Shown in pieces: positions 11,315-23,597 of a stretch of DNA of 64,000 nucleotides. The notes under the pieces are model-generated. The model searched no databases. It was given only the letters and a program-made list of their open reading frames with translations, and was not told where the DNA came from. This DNA is from Patellaria atrata CBS 101060 (taxonomy: Eukaryota), in NCBI GenBank assembly GCA_010093705.1, contig MU006096.1:332004-396003 (forward strand). The letters are read 5' to 3'. The stretch's first letter is position 1, and the number at the start of each line of letters is the position of its first letter. The translations under genes were made by a program, and so were the position numbers.

Positions 11315-13494
11315 TTACTGTTCTGATATTACGTCAAGTGCTCGACGGAAGATTGCTCTCAGTTGTCCTGTGTCTTCTAATCCAACGCTGAAACGTATAA
11401 GATCTGGACCGACGCCGAATGAAGCAGCCTGAGAAGTTGTTTAGTAAGAAAGAGAAAATATGCAGATGGGGGTTAACGCACCCAAGGAAGCTCAGAGTAA
11501 TGCGCGAGGATAACATAGGGAGAACTGTTGGTTTAATGTTAGCAAACATACGGACTGCCATGGCTATGCTACTAGACGCCCACCTCAGCGTGAAATTTGT
11601 TCCTAAACTTGGTCCTTTGGCAGTTTCCAAATGGTCGAAAAAGGTGATCGCATCACTTTTCTTATGGAACATCACCGACAATAACCCGCCATAGCCACCA
11701 TTTGGATTTCTGCAATAGTCGTAAAACTGGCGGGTAGAGTTGTACTTGGGATAATTCACCTGTTTCACTAGGAAGATCGTCAGCCGTGCCGCTTCCTACG
11801 TGCCAAGTGATACAAGGGCGAAGTGGCTCACCACGCGGGTGACTTCTCAGCATTTCGCAGAGAGCCTCTGCATTAGAATTGATGCGATCAATTCGAGACA
11901 CAAAGTCTCGACTGTTGCGTTCAAGGAAGATGGAATCTTCCGCCCAATAATTGTCTTCATATTCTGTTGCCCACGATTGTTGCAAGACTTTGTAGTTTAG
12001 ACTCTTGGGATTCAGGATTGCACTGCAGAATTTAGCTCACAAGACATCCCCAATCATACGGTTCACTCACCTTCCCCCCATAACGTTGCTGTCCCCGCTG
12101 AACACTTTCGTCAAACTACTGACAACCACGTCAGCGTGAGGGAGTACGTTCACATTGAGAAAGTTGCCAATTGTTTCATCGACAACAACACAAAAGTCAA
12201 ACTTGTCAGCTAGAGCGCGTATGCGTTGTAGATCTGGAGTTTTCAAAAGCGGATTACCCGGAAACTCAGTGAACAAGGCCAAGTATCTCTCGCCGTTCTC
12301 TAAGCGTTGCTCCAAGTCGTCAAGGTCTTCCGAGGAACCGTAGCCGTAAAAGAGACATCCCGGTCCGAACTTCTGTACGATTTTGAGTGTATCGACATAT
12401 GGAAAACTAACCATGTCAGAATACTACGTCGCTTTGCTGTTGGAAGTACATACCCATAAATGATACTCTTCATTCGCCCCTTGGCTTTCATTAATCCCTG
12501 ATGTGTATTGAAAATGGCGCTCATTCCGGTCGGGTACAGATATACATCATCCTCTGATAAGCCTTCCACATTTCGTTTCCTCTCCTGATCATCAACCTTT
12601 TCTAATGCCTCATTCAAGTCAACATCGGCCGTTAAAGAACCAGTGATGCGTCGTCGGATAGCAAGCTTGGCGTTCGCTGCGAAAGATACTTCTAGATTTC
12701 TCCCAAAGCGTTCCTCAACGAACTCCATGGGATCAATTCTATCGGTCGATCCATTGACATCAGTGCAGGATTTATCCTGATCTTCTGCATAAACGCTCGG
12801 ATCGATTGCGGTCTTCTTTCTATACCGTTTCGGACCTTTGCAGGTCCGCTGCAGATCTTGAGCTTGAGATTTCTCCAGAACTAATCCCCCTTCAAGAGCT
12901 TTGAGGCAGAACTCTGCCCTCCGGCTTGATATACCGTCACCGGAATGTTGCCAGAACTGCTTTGCGATCCCAAAATGCTCCGCGGGGAAAAGTAGAGCTG
13001 AAAAGTTCGGGGATACATTCTTTCGGCTCTGGGAATTCTCTTCGTCAGGGTTCAGAACAAAATCAATAATGCGGGCTTGCTGAGAACTCAGGTCAGCCAC
13101 TTGCTCTTGAAAAAATGCTTTACAACGCGTGGCAACGGAGTTGGATGGGAATAAAATGGCTTGTTCCCCTGACACCCCATACTTGTTGACTACTGTTGCT
13201 GCTAGTTGTGTTATCGACTTGTGAATGAAAAACCTAAGCATCATATTAGTTTCCTTATATACAACATGTATATTTAGTACAAACCTTGGATAACCGGTTT
13301 TCATTTTACTAAGGACCCATTCTTCACCCTCTTCATAGCTCACATTTGATTTCCATGTGGGGAGTGATACACTGACAGCCTGTCGCGCAAACTTAGGTTT
13401 CCATGATGGATCATTCGTGTTGTGATGTACATACGTGAGCTGTGAGTGGCGGAATTGTTTCTCCCACTTCAGTTGTCGCTGTGATTGCTGCCAT
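11315..13494 (-). CDS. STR2: Cystathionine gamma-synthase (Cys/Met metabolism PLP enzyme, STR2/met-7 type), multi-exon
   Basis: Motifs [69 protein letters not shown] (PLP lysine) and [14 protein letters not shown] at 13494, stop at 11315. Confidence 0.92.
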
Positions 13495-13802
13495 AAGAAC
13501 TTTAAATCCAGATTGATATCCCAAACAGGATGGAGATAGCGTATAGTGACCGCAGCTAATACGACACGCAAAACAGTTTATTATACCCTAAAATGTATGT
13601 TTGAAAGGTTGAGTCATTTTAATGTATCTGCCCGACTTCGCTGTGCTTAGGACTAGGTTTTCTCAGTTTGTCCGTAATCGTTATCGGTTGCGCTAGAACT
13701 AATATGGTATTCCTCAAATCTTGGCATTTACAAAATCTTCTGGACAAGACTGAGCTGGAGATATCTTGAATCATCAGTATCCGGACCCTTCTTTTAATTA
13801 TA

Positions 13803-16800
13803 ATGGCTCTGCCAACATTGAAGAGACAAAAACTAAACCATAACAATAAGGTAGGTTTCCGAGATGAAAATACGAAGGCCGATATAAAGGCTCTACCTAC
13901 AGAGACTCATCAAGGACAAACTAATCCCACAGAGAGCCAAAATAAGAATGGACGTCTAGAAGCGGATGTAGAGTCTGATTCGGAAGAAGATGATTATAGC
14001 TCCAAACAGGGCGAGCTACCGCCTGGGGAAGTTTCTAAAGGTTGCCACACAAACGACCTACCAGTTCATAAAAAAAAGCATCGTCTAAAAAAGACAGCCA
14101 CCGGGGTGGTTTACTATGGGGAGACCTTCAAGTCTAACATTTTCAAACTTCAAGTGGATGCTCTTATAGATGATTACAGAGCAAAATCTGGGAGGAAATG
14201 GGGTTCGGTGGACAAGTTTCTTCACAGTTTAAAGAACGTAATTACCCAGTTACCAAATCGGGAACCGCTATCTGTAGGTCGCCGTATTTGGTAGTAGCAG
14301 AAATCATAGTCTAACATTCGGTAGGTCGCTGATGCTGAGCGCTCCTTGATAAAGTCTACCAAAGTAGCGATTCCGTTTCCCACTCCTAGGCCACCCCCTG
14401 ATGCTCGATATAAGCTGGAATATAAAGGACCAGAAGCGATCAACGTCACCGGAAGTTATGTACTTGGTACGGCCGAGAGGGATTCAGAGACATTCTCAAT
14501 TGATCTTGTCGTGGTCATGCCATCAGTAGGTTGCCTTATGTTGATATAGGGACTTAGAACCTTCTAATCATTTCAGGCTCTCTTCCAGGAGAAGGATTAC
14601 ATGAATTACAGATTTTTCCACAAGAGGGCGTATTTTCTTGCATGCATTGCTGCCGGAATCAAGATATCAAAGGATCATACTTTCGAGCTCACATTCGACT
14701 ATTTGAACGAAAATAGACTGCACCCGATCATTAAGGTGAAATCCTCAAATGGTAAGCACGCCTAACCCCCCAATTATGCTGCTATTAATGCTTTTGGAAG
14801 ATCCCAGTAGAAAAAATGGCATCGGAGAAGCTGGAATCATAATCAATATCATAGCTGCTGGACCAGAAGGATTGTTTCCTTCGGAGAAAACACTGCCAAA
14901 CAGGAACTGCATCAGACCTCACAATGACAATGGGGGAGCCACTTCAAAGACACTTGTTCCAACATCATTTTACAACTCGTCCTTACGAGCAGACACATTG
15001 GTGTTAACGTATTTGAAACTCCATCATGAAACTGCACGCGAGTGTGACGCTTATAGAGATGCTTGTATCCTCGGGCGTAGTTGGCTCAAACAGCGTGGTC
15101 TCGGTAGTAAAATCTCTGCTGGTGGCTTTGGCAATTTTGAATGGTCGACTTTGGTGGCACTACTACTTGGAAGAAACGGTACCGAAACTCATATCGGCGA
15201 TACAATTCTCTCACCCGGATACAGCAGTTACCAATTATTCAAGGGTACATTGAAATTTCTCGCATCAAGAGACGTTTATAAAAATCCTTATGTCTTTCAA
15301 ACTCCAGATCTAAGGGCGTCAAAAACAGCAGAGGCTCCTATTATTTTTGATGGAGCACGAGGATTAAACATACTGTTCAAAATGACACAGTGGTCTTACA
15401 ATCTACTTCAACATGAGGCACAAATAACTATGGCCATGCTGGGAGAATCCTCTTTTGATCAGTTCAGGCCTACTTTTCTCTTGAAGAACAATCAGACATT
15501 ATTGCGATTTGATGTTTGTCTAAGAATACCTATAGGATGTCTCTTTGATTACTCTGGAGACAAACCTCCTGACTCTGCCCCATCTGTAATTTACCAAAAA
15601 CTGTATTCCACTCTTGAACGCGGATTAGGAGATCGAGTTAAGATTATACATATATCTCCTCCGCCGGCACAAGAATGGAGGTTAGGCGCTTTTTCAGCAT
15701 CTAATGGCCATCAATATGCCACTATTGGACTGGTTGTTGATCCTGCACAGGTTGCTCGCTTAGTTGATCATGGGCCTTCAGCTGAGGATCATAAGAGTGC
15801 CGCTTCATTCCGTCAGTTCTGGGGAGAAAAAGCAGAGCTCAGACGATTCAAAGATGGTAGCATCCTTGAGAGTCTTGTCTGGACGATCAAAGATGATAAA
15901 TCCTCAGTTATAGAGCAGATTATCGCATACATTCTTCTTAGGCACTTCGGGGAAAATGTAGTCAAGCAGGTGAAATATCTGACTCCTAGCGCTCGAGATC
16001 TATTTCGGAGCGATATCTTGGGAACAACCCCATTTCAGCCTATTATGGTCGCGTTCTCTACTCTAGAGAAACATATCCGTTCGCTAGAGAATCTACCATT
16101 ACGGATCAGACAAGTACTTGCGGTTAGTCCTTCACTCCGTTATACATCAACGGAGGTTCCTACTTTTGGTCCTGGAAATCCCATGGCTCAACCGGCAGAT
16201 GTCGTGATACAGTTTGAAGGCTCAGGTCGGTGGCCGGATGATCTGATCGCAATACAAAGAACAAAAATTGCATTCCTTGTTAAACTTGCTGAGCTCCTGG
16301 AACAATCCGTGGAAGGTATTTCCGTCCGGGTGGGATTGGAGAATGTGTCCTCTGATTACATAAACCAATCTTTTCTCGATGTTATATATGCTGGAGGTGC
16401 TGCCTTCCGCCTTAGGATTTATCATGACCGCGAACAGATGCTTCTAGAACGTTTGCTGGGCGACAAATTCGTTGATGCTGGTAGCAAGTCAGAGGCTGCT
16501 CTAGCCCTTTTACGCTACAAGAAGGATTTTCTGCGAACACCTAGTCTTAGCCAAAGCCTCCAAACCCTCTGTACGCGACATCCCATGCTCTCTCCCACCG
16601 TTCGACTTGTTAAGAGATGGTTTGCGCGCCATCTTCTTGAACCGCATTTCGCTCCAGATGTTATTGAGCTCTTCGTCGCACGAACGTTTCTACAGCCTTA
16701 TCCTTGGCGTGCACCTTCAAGTATCGTTACGGGTTTTTTACGTACTCTCTTCTTCCTTGCCCGTTGGGACTGGCGTAGTGAGCCCTGGATAGTTGATTTC

Positions 16801-17478
16801 GGCGATGACATGAAGCCAGACAATGTTGCGACCATAATGACCCGTTTTGAAGCCTGGCGTAAAGTCGACCCAGCAATGAACCGGATGGTTTTGTTTGTTG
16901 CGTCGAACTTTGATCTGGACGGCTCGACATATACTAATCATTGCCAACCAACGAAAGTTGTTGCTTCTCGTATGACGGCGCTCGCAAGGGCAGCAGATGA
17001 AGCTTTTAATTCATGCGCAGAAGATTTTGATCTAGGGACCTTATTCGCATCATCCTTAGGAGACTACGATTTTGTGCTGGAACTCAATCCTAAGTTTACA
17101 AAACTTGACCGAGTTAAGCATAAGAGGACAGGTCAATCTCAATACAAGAACTTACAATCTATGCCTTCAGATGAAAATATTGTTAACCTAGCGCACGATC
17201 CTATAGACGCATTTGTGAGGGAGTTACAGGAAATATACGGGCACGCAATTGTGTTCTTTTGGGATCTTGGTTTTCAGGGTATCATTGCTGGTCTGTGGAA
17301 CCCAAGCGCTGGCGCAAGGCAATGGAAGGTCAAACTCGACTACTCAACAAAACCTTTGCAGCTTAAATCGAACGGAGACGAAAGCGCACATGTGGATATC
17401 AATAAGGAGGCTATATTAAATGAGATAGCAAGGTTGGGTGGGGAAATGGTACAGAGCGTCACTACGAAGGATGCTTGA
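13803..17478 (+). CDS. UTP22: U3 snoRNA-associated protein 22 / Nrap
   Basis: Motifs FKLQVDAL, IDLVVVMP, FQEKDYMNYRFFHKRAYFLA, FWGEKAELRRFKDGSILESLVW and FEGSGRWPDDL. Three short introns near 14276-14324, 14526-14576 and 14752-14800. Confidence 0.95.
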
Positions 17479-18099
17479 TATCGATCAAACCATGATGTCA
17501 TTTTTACGGACTGTTTTATGGAAGAGAATTCCTATTCAATGCCCTTTGGTCGAAATACTATCAGTGTTGGTTCTGGAAACTGAGCTTTTGATGTTTGGAG
17601 CGGTCTTCCCGGATTCAAGACAGTATATCTGCTCATGGATAGATTGCAGGAAGTGCGCGACCGTGCTTGCATGAGAGTCTGTCTACTCAGATATATTTCG
17701 TTTTATGTACGGTAAACGTGGATATACTATTTGAAGATCGACATGGTTTTAATATGGGTCTAAAAGAGTTAATATTTACTTACCATAGGTATTTTTGTAT
17801 TGGAAAGTTAGCCTGAGCGATTCGCACCAACCTGCTTGACTTTGTTTTCTACACAGAGCATAATGGATTGCGCTAACATCTTCTCAAGTCTGTCCGATGA
17901 AATTGACCACAGCATAAGTTGACAATAATCTGCGGACTGCTGATTGAGGTTGTAGTAAGGTTCCGCACTAGCCTATATAGGATTGGTGCGATTAGTCATG
18001 CAGTTCTCATCACCTGAGCGCCAGGAGAATCTTGAAGCTTTGGCTTGTGGAGCTCCTCGACGCTGAAATATGTCGTTGTGAACACTCAACTAACCTTTC

Positions 18100-21000
18100 A
18101 TGCCATTGGGTCTGTCCACTTGTCGTGGAGCGGTACAGCTATCATTTAAATCAAATGGCCCGTATCATTGGATCACAGACGAACTACTTGTCGACGCTTT
18201 TCATCGATTCGCTCGCGTCGCAAATTACGGTCGCAAACGCTTTGGCAGCCATGTCCCCGGACCGTTGGAAGCTCGGAAAAGGATGGCAAAGCGCAAGATA
18301 ATGGCCATGACTGCGTCCGGTGGAGGTGTGTCTTTTGATATAGGCGGCTTGTTTGGTATGAACAAACCACAACCTCCTCCCTGGAAGTGGGAGGCTCCGG
18401 CACCGCTCAAGGTGGATCTGGATCCGTTACGTACGTGAATTTTAAATACATATATTAAAAGATATGTCTGACTGTTTCAAAGCTGGATTGGATAGTCCTA
18501 ATTCGCCTGTTCAAACCGTAGAGCACCCTCTCATACTGACTCCTCCTGTTCCTCCATGGCCCCCGCATGTCCAGCAGTTATTAACAGCTGCTGCTGATGA
18601 TCCTTCCCGCGATAAAATCATATCGATGCTCAATCGCAATGGTGGGCGTCATTCCCTCTCCCAGAATCTCCTTCAACAACTTTTTGTCTCTTGTCCACTG
18701 CAAGCCGTTCTTGGTTATCTTGAGGAAGAAGAGCTCTTGACACAGCAAGGGTATAAATATTTCAACATGATCTTTCACCTTATGGTACATAAATCTGACA
18801 TAAGTATATCTCCGGATGAGTATGAATTGCTGTTGTCATACCTTAATCGATACTTACGGCTCAACCTCGTCCGGGTGGATGACCTCTTCGCCCTTCTGGG
18901 TGGAATATCTCGTCTAGGAGCTGAATTGTTTGATGATTGGTGGAAAGCTCATTCTGGTGTAATGACGTATCGTTCTATCGCTCGCGCACTTATGGATGGA
19001 CCAAACCAGCGAAAAATGTCTGAACCCGAGTTCATTTATTCGTTTTTCCGGAGTATTCCTCATACCCACGAGTTTGAGGATACTCTTTCGCTGCAGTACG
19101 AAATACTTAAGCATGTATGGCAGTTAGACAATGTATTACTGGATGGTTCGAAGGTGTCGCAGGATACTTTCCTTGCTATGTATGCCGAGGATGTTATTTT
19201 CTCTCGCGAACCATGGTCCACTTCCATCTTGGAGCGGCTTGTAAAGCAAAGTTGGAGGCAAAAAATCCCTAACTGGATCGTAGACGCTACTATCCGGATC
19301 GCGCGCAGATACCAAGTTAACCCAGACTGCTCATTAAGATACTGGCTGAAGCTACTCGCTATCCGAGGCCCTCATCGATTTTCAGAGTGTGAATCACTCG
19401 ACAGTGACCATACTATAGAAATATGGGCTCCAATTCACAGAATACTAGCCTGCTATTGCAAACCAGTGCAGGTTCGCGAACATTTTGCCATTTTCTCGGG
19501 ATATGTGGCATCAAAATTGTTAATCACTTGCTGGTTCAATGCTGAGAACCATATACCTAGCATAATCAACCCCGGGGTTATTTTACCTGAGGAGATAACA
19601 GATATGCTACGACCTGGACTTACCAGCTGGAAACCGCTTCTACCTCTACTACAAGCTTCATTCCGGGATGGAAGTCCACTCAAGCGATATGCGTTAGATA
19701 TTTTACACCTAGCTGCTAGCTGGGAAGAACGAACCGCTTCTGGGAATGTGATATTCCACATGGTCAGATATTTGAGAGATAGATCCCATCTCATACCTCG
19801 CGAACATCTAGCCAGCATCGTAAATCATCTGATACCAGACCGCCCATGGCAGGCATACAGAATGTTCAGTAGATGGGAAGAACTGGCTCTTAGCGACTGT
19901 CCAACATTGCCACTTGCCATCGTTCGGACGGGAGAGTCGAAGGTTGGGCAGATCTTGAGGATCCTTTTGCGTCCGGATCCTGGATACCCGTCTCATCCAG
20001 ATCCGATCACACAATATCAATATCTCAAGTCCAGTGATAGTATGCATAGATTCAACGTGGGCAAACGTAGAGTAATGATGCTCAACAAGACTGAAATGTG
20101 GTTACATATCACCCCAAAGCCCCTAACGGATCCACGACGTCATCGATTGTTGGAAGAACTTGCACTGGCGTATGCGACGCACGAGCCTAATACCCCTCTT
20201 GCTTTTAGAAACATCCAGAGGATATACCGTTACCTTTGTCGGTTTTCGAATCGTTTGAGTCCCAAATTAAGCGCCGCTCTGATGAAGGCTGGTGTGACCC
20301 GATGTTTTCAAGAAAAGAGATGGCTGCCCACGAGTCGATTCATGTGGATTCTGGATATTGTGAGGCGAATTGAAGGCGAAGCAGTTGCCAACCATCTCGA
20401 TCAAAAGGTCTATGCTTTAAGAAGATACATTTTCTATGATAAATACGGCCGACGGAGATTCTGGGACGCGGACTACGGGACTTGGACATATGATAGAGCC
20501 AGGGAGTTTCAGAGGTCTAAGGAAACGATGGATATTGACGCTGAAACACCAGATCAGACGAATGCCGGACCTGTCAATGGTTCCACTCTTTGGAAGCCCT
20601 TATCAGAGATTGCAGGACCTCAAAGAATAGAGGGCTCACGAAGACGAAAGTCCGAGCAAGTAGCTACTCTTGATGAAGGGCCCGCACGATCTTCGTTACC
20701 ACCGGAGAATTCACCCAGCCAAGCCCGGATAACAGAACTAGAAACTCACAATATCGCGCTTAGAGCGCCTAGGGCGCCAATCGTATGGTCTCCTCTGCCA
20801 CCTACACAACATGCGAAACGCGCCCCACGTTCGAATCTACCAGAACCCTCAGAAGAATCAGAGGCTTCAGACCTGCTGACGCCTCTCGCACTCGAAAAGG
20901 CCAATTGGAACGGTATCCCTCGTATAACTCTACAACAGCAGCCCGAACCTCCGTCCGCAGAGGATAATTATGAAGCGCATCGCATGATACGCTATGAGTA

Positions 21001-21148
21001 TGAGCAAACGAAGACAATTGCTCCCTTCGAATGGCGAAAAGTCTCATTGGAACCGCCGAATGCGTCTCCACCTGAGCAAAAGGCCGAATGTAAACAGGAT
21101 TGGGATTCCATATCCTCGTGGTCGCCTTTGTCGGCACGTGATGATTAG
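18100..21148 (+). CDS. Uncharacterised ~1000-aa protein, possibly mitochondrial and helical
   Basis: Exon 1 (WITDELLVDAFHRF...RFGSHVPGPLEARKRMAKRK) joins the 894-aa track ORF through intron 18431-18482 (GTACGT...CTGAC...AAG). ORF length supports coding; function not recognised. Confidence 0.8.
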
Positions 21149-21619
21149 ATATTTGATAGGGGGATGAGGACATTTGTTGGGATTGTCAATGAGAGCGCTA
21201 TGAGCTCTTACTTGGGGGAATTAGCGAGACATGAGTGAAGCGTTAACCTGAGTAGTCGTGTGTATCATAGGAAGGGAATGCCACTATGTGTTTTCGTAGT
21301 GCTGTACAGTACACCAAGCCGCTGGGAAAGAAGGGACAGGATAGGGTATTAGTTAGGCGTATAGATTTGCACGTATACCATGTCAGCTAGATGAAACAGA
21401 ACATAATCATATCATTTGAATTTGAATTTCATTTCCCGGTTATCCGGGTAGCCCATACTGCCTATTCGTGTCACAGTAAATCATACAATTCGCTCACCCA
21501 TCCTATACTTTAATCACCGTTTTCTTTCAATCGAAATGATGAACAAACAACCAGCCACGAGAATGCTGTTGCATCGCATCACGACCCATCGTCCCCATCT
21601 TCAGACGGTATTTTTCCCG

Positions 21620-22530
21620 CTAACGACCCTCCGCCAATCGTGCTGATTCATCATTGCGTTCTTTCATAATACGTACCGAAGTTTCTGCGCCGCTCTCTGC
21701 TGGTGGTGTCCTTCCTGCCGTATCGATAAAGTCCTCACGGTCATCATAGGTCATACCATCCTTCATCTTCGCATCTATCTGCGATTCCGTACTGTGTGCT
21801 AGGGGGGAACCACCCAGGTTTACCGGTTGATCGCGAAGGTGTACAGGGACCACAGAGCCCTGAGTGGGAGTCGCTAGACTCGCTTTGCCGACAATAGGGG
21901 AACCGTATCCGCTTTGTTGGCGTGCGGGAGTGCGTGCACCTTCGCCGAAACCAACGAGAGATGCCTCGTCGCTGAAGCCGGTGCTTGAAGCCTCCTCCAT
22001 ATCCTGATCCTCACTCATCTTGTCCTCGTAGGTATCGGAGGCGGAGGCCCAAGTTGTGCGACCACCGACGCTCCCTGTAGCCGAGGCCGAGCCGACTGTG
22101 CTGCGCTCGCGTACGATTTGTGGGTTGTTGTTCTGGTCGAAGTAGGCGGTGGGTGGTTGGGCGGAAGTACTACCGGTAATAGATTGATTGCTATTCTGAC
22201 GAGCAGCGCTGATGCGCTCCAGGCCGGCGAGACGTGATATGCGGTCCGCGCGCTCAGCGTCGAAGGGGTTGTGGTGATGGTGTGGGAGGTGGCCGCGGTG
22301 CCCGTCTTTGATGGCTACAGTTGAGAGCTCGGACATGGTTGTTGTGCCGGAGTTGGGCGTGCCTCTGTTACATAGTTAATAGGATTCACTATGGAGCGAA
22401 TGCACAGTTTAGAACACAAGGTAGTAAAATAGCTGAAAAGGTAGGGGTATGCTTACGGTCCCATGTCCGAGGGAGTCATTGGATCGGAAGGGGGTGGAGG
22501 GAGATTGATCAAGGTAGGTGCGTTCGACAT
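21620..22530 (-). CDS. Uncharacterised low-complexity fungal protein (2 exons)
   Basis: ATG at 22530 gives MSNAPTLINLPPPPSDPMTPSDMG, then a GTAAGC...AG intron at about 22457-22367 into the 238-aa ORF (AERADRISRLAGLER, RERSTVGSASATGSVGGRTTWAS). Confidence 0.8.
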
Positions 22531-23597
22531 GATGGTGTTTTGAGAATTTAGTGTCTCTAATTCAAGTGGTGGTTAGATGGAGGGTAGGTAGGTGGTACTG
22601 GAAGCTCTCGCCGGCTTGTCGAGTGGGCCTTTTGTCCCTCCTGTGAAAAAGAGTGAAAGAAGACGAGATAGGCGCAACTGTAGTTGTAGGGTGTTGGCGT
22701 CGTGTTCCGGTTTAGATCGTTGCTGTAGACGTAGGTTATTCCTCTATGTTCCTTTGAAATTGTAGAGGAGAGTTCAAGTTCAAGGTAAGGGGGTACAGTA
22801 GAAGGTACAGAAGTAGTAGTGGGGTTCACGGCTACTATTTCTTTAGTTGCGAGTGAGAGCCGAGGGAACTTGGCGCATGTCATTGGGCGGAAGGTGCACT
22901 CGCCCTGCATCGCGCCTTCCTTTTCGCCTCGCATTTCGCTTGTTCCCGAAACGGCAGCCATAGTAGAAACTCATTCAAACATTGATTCGACTACTTGTAA
23001 ACGTAGTGTAAAGTGATAAAAAGTAAGAACCTAACCTGTGCGATATATGCCTGCGTCAATAATTTTAGAGTATCTCAGAGTCACCATTCTAGAATGATTT
23101 TTTCTTGGACTGCTCTCAAAAGCTTTCCTGGACCAAAGGACTATCCTAGAGTCTCAATCTTGGGATTATCGTAGACCTTCCTTTGGAAAATATACTACAT
23201 AATGCCAAAAGAGTGTCCTGGACTGTCCCGAAGGACTACCGTGGACTCTCAATTTCGGTAATATCTCGGACAGCTCTAAGGATCTATACCAGACCGTCCA
23301 TATCTCCCTTCAACAATCGGATATTGATGTCTCAAGAACATATCTCGATGTCCTTCTCTTAAGCCAAGACCAGCGTCAACGCCAGAAAATGCTCCTTTCC
23401 TTTATATCCTATTGACCAGCCAACTCCGCGCTATGCAACCAAAAAAAAAACGAATTGGAGATTTAAACAATCACAAGTGAATGTGGTAAAGAGAAAGAAA
23501 TAGGAACAGGTGATATACGCACACCATCTCAGAGACCTGGTAGCAAAACTTGCGGACGCTGACGATACGCAAGGTGTATATTCGACACGAAGCTACC

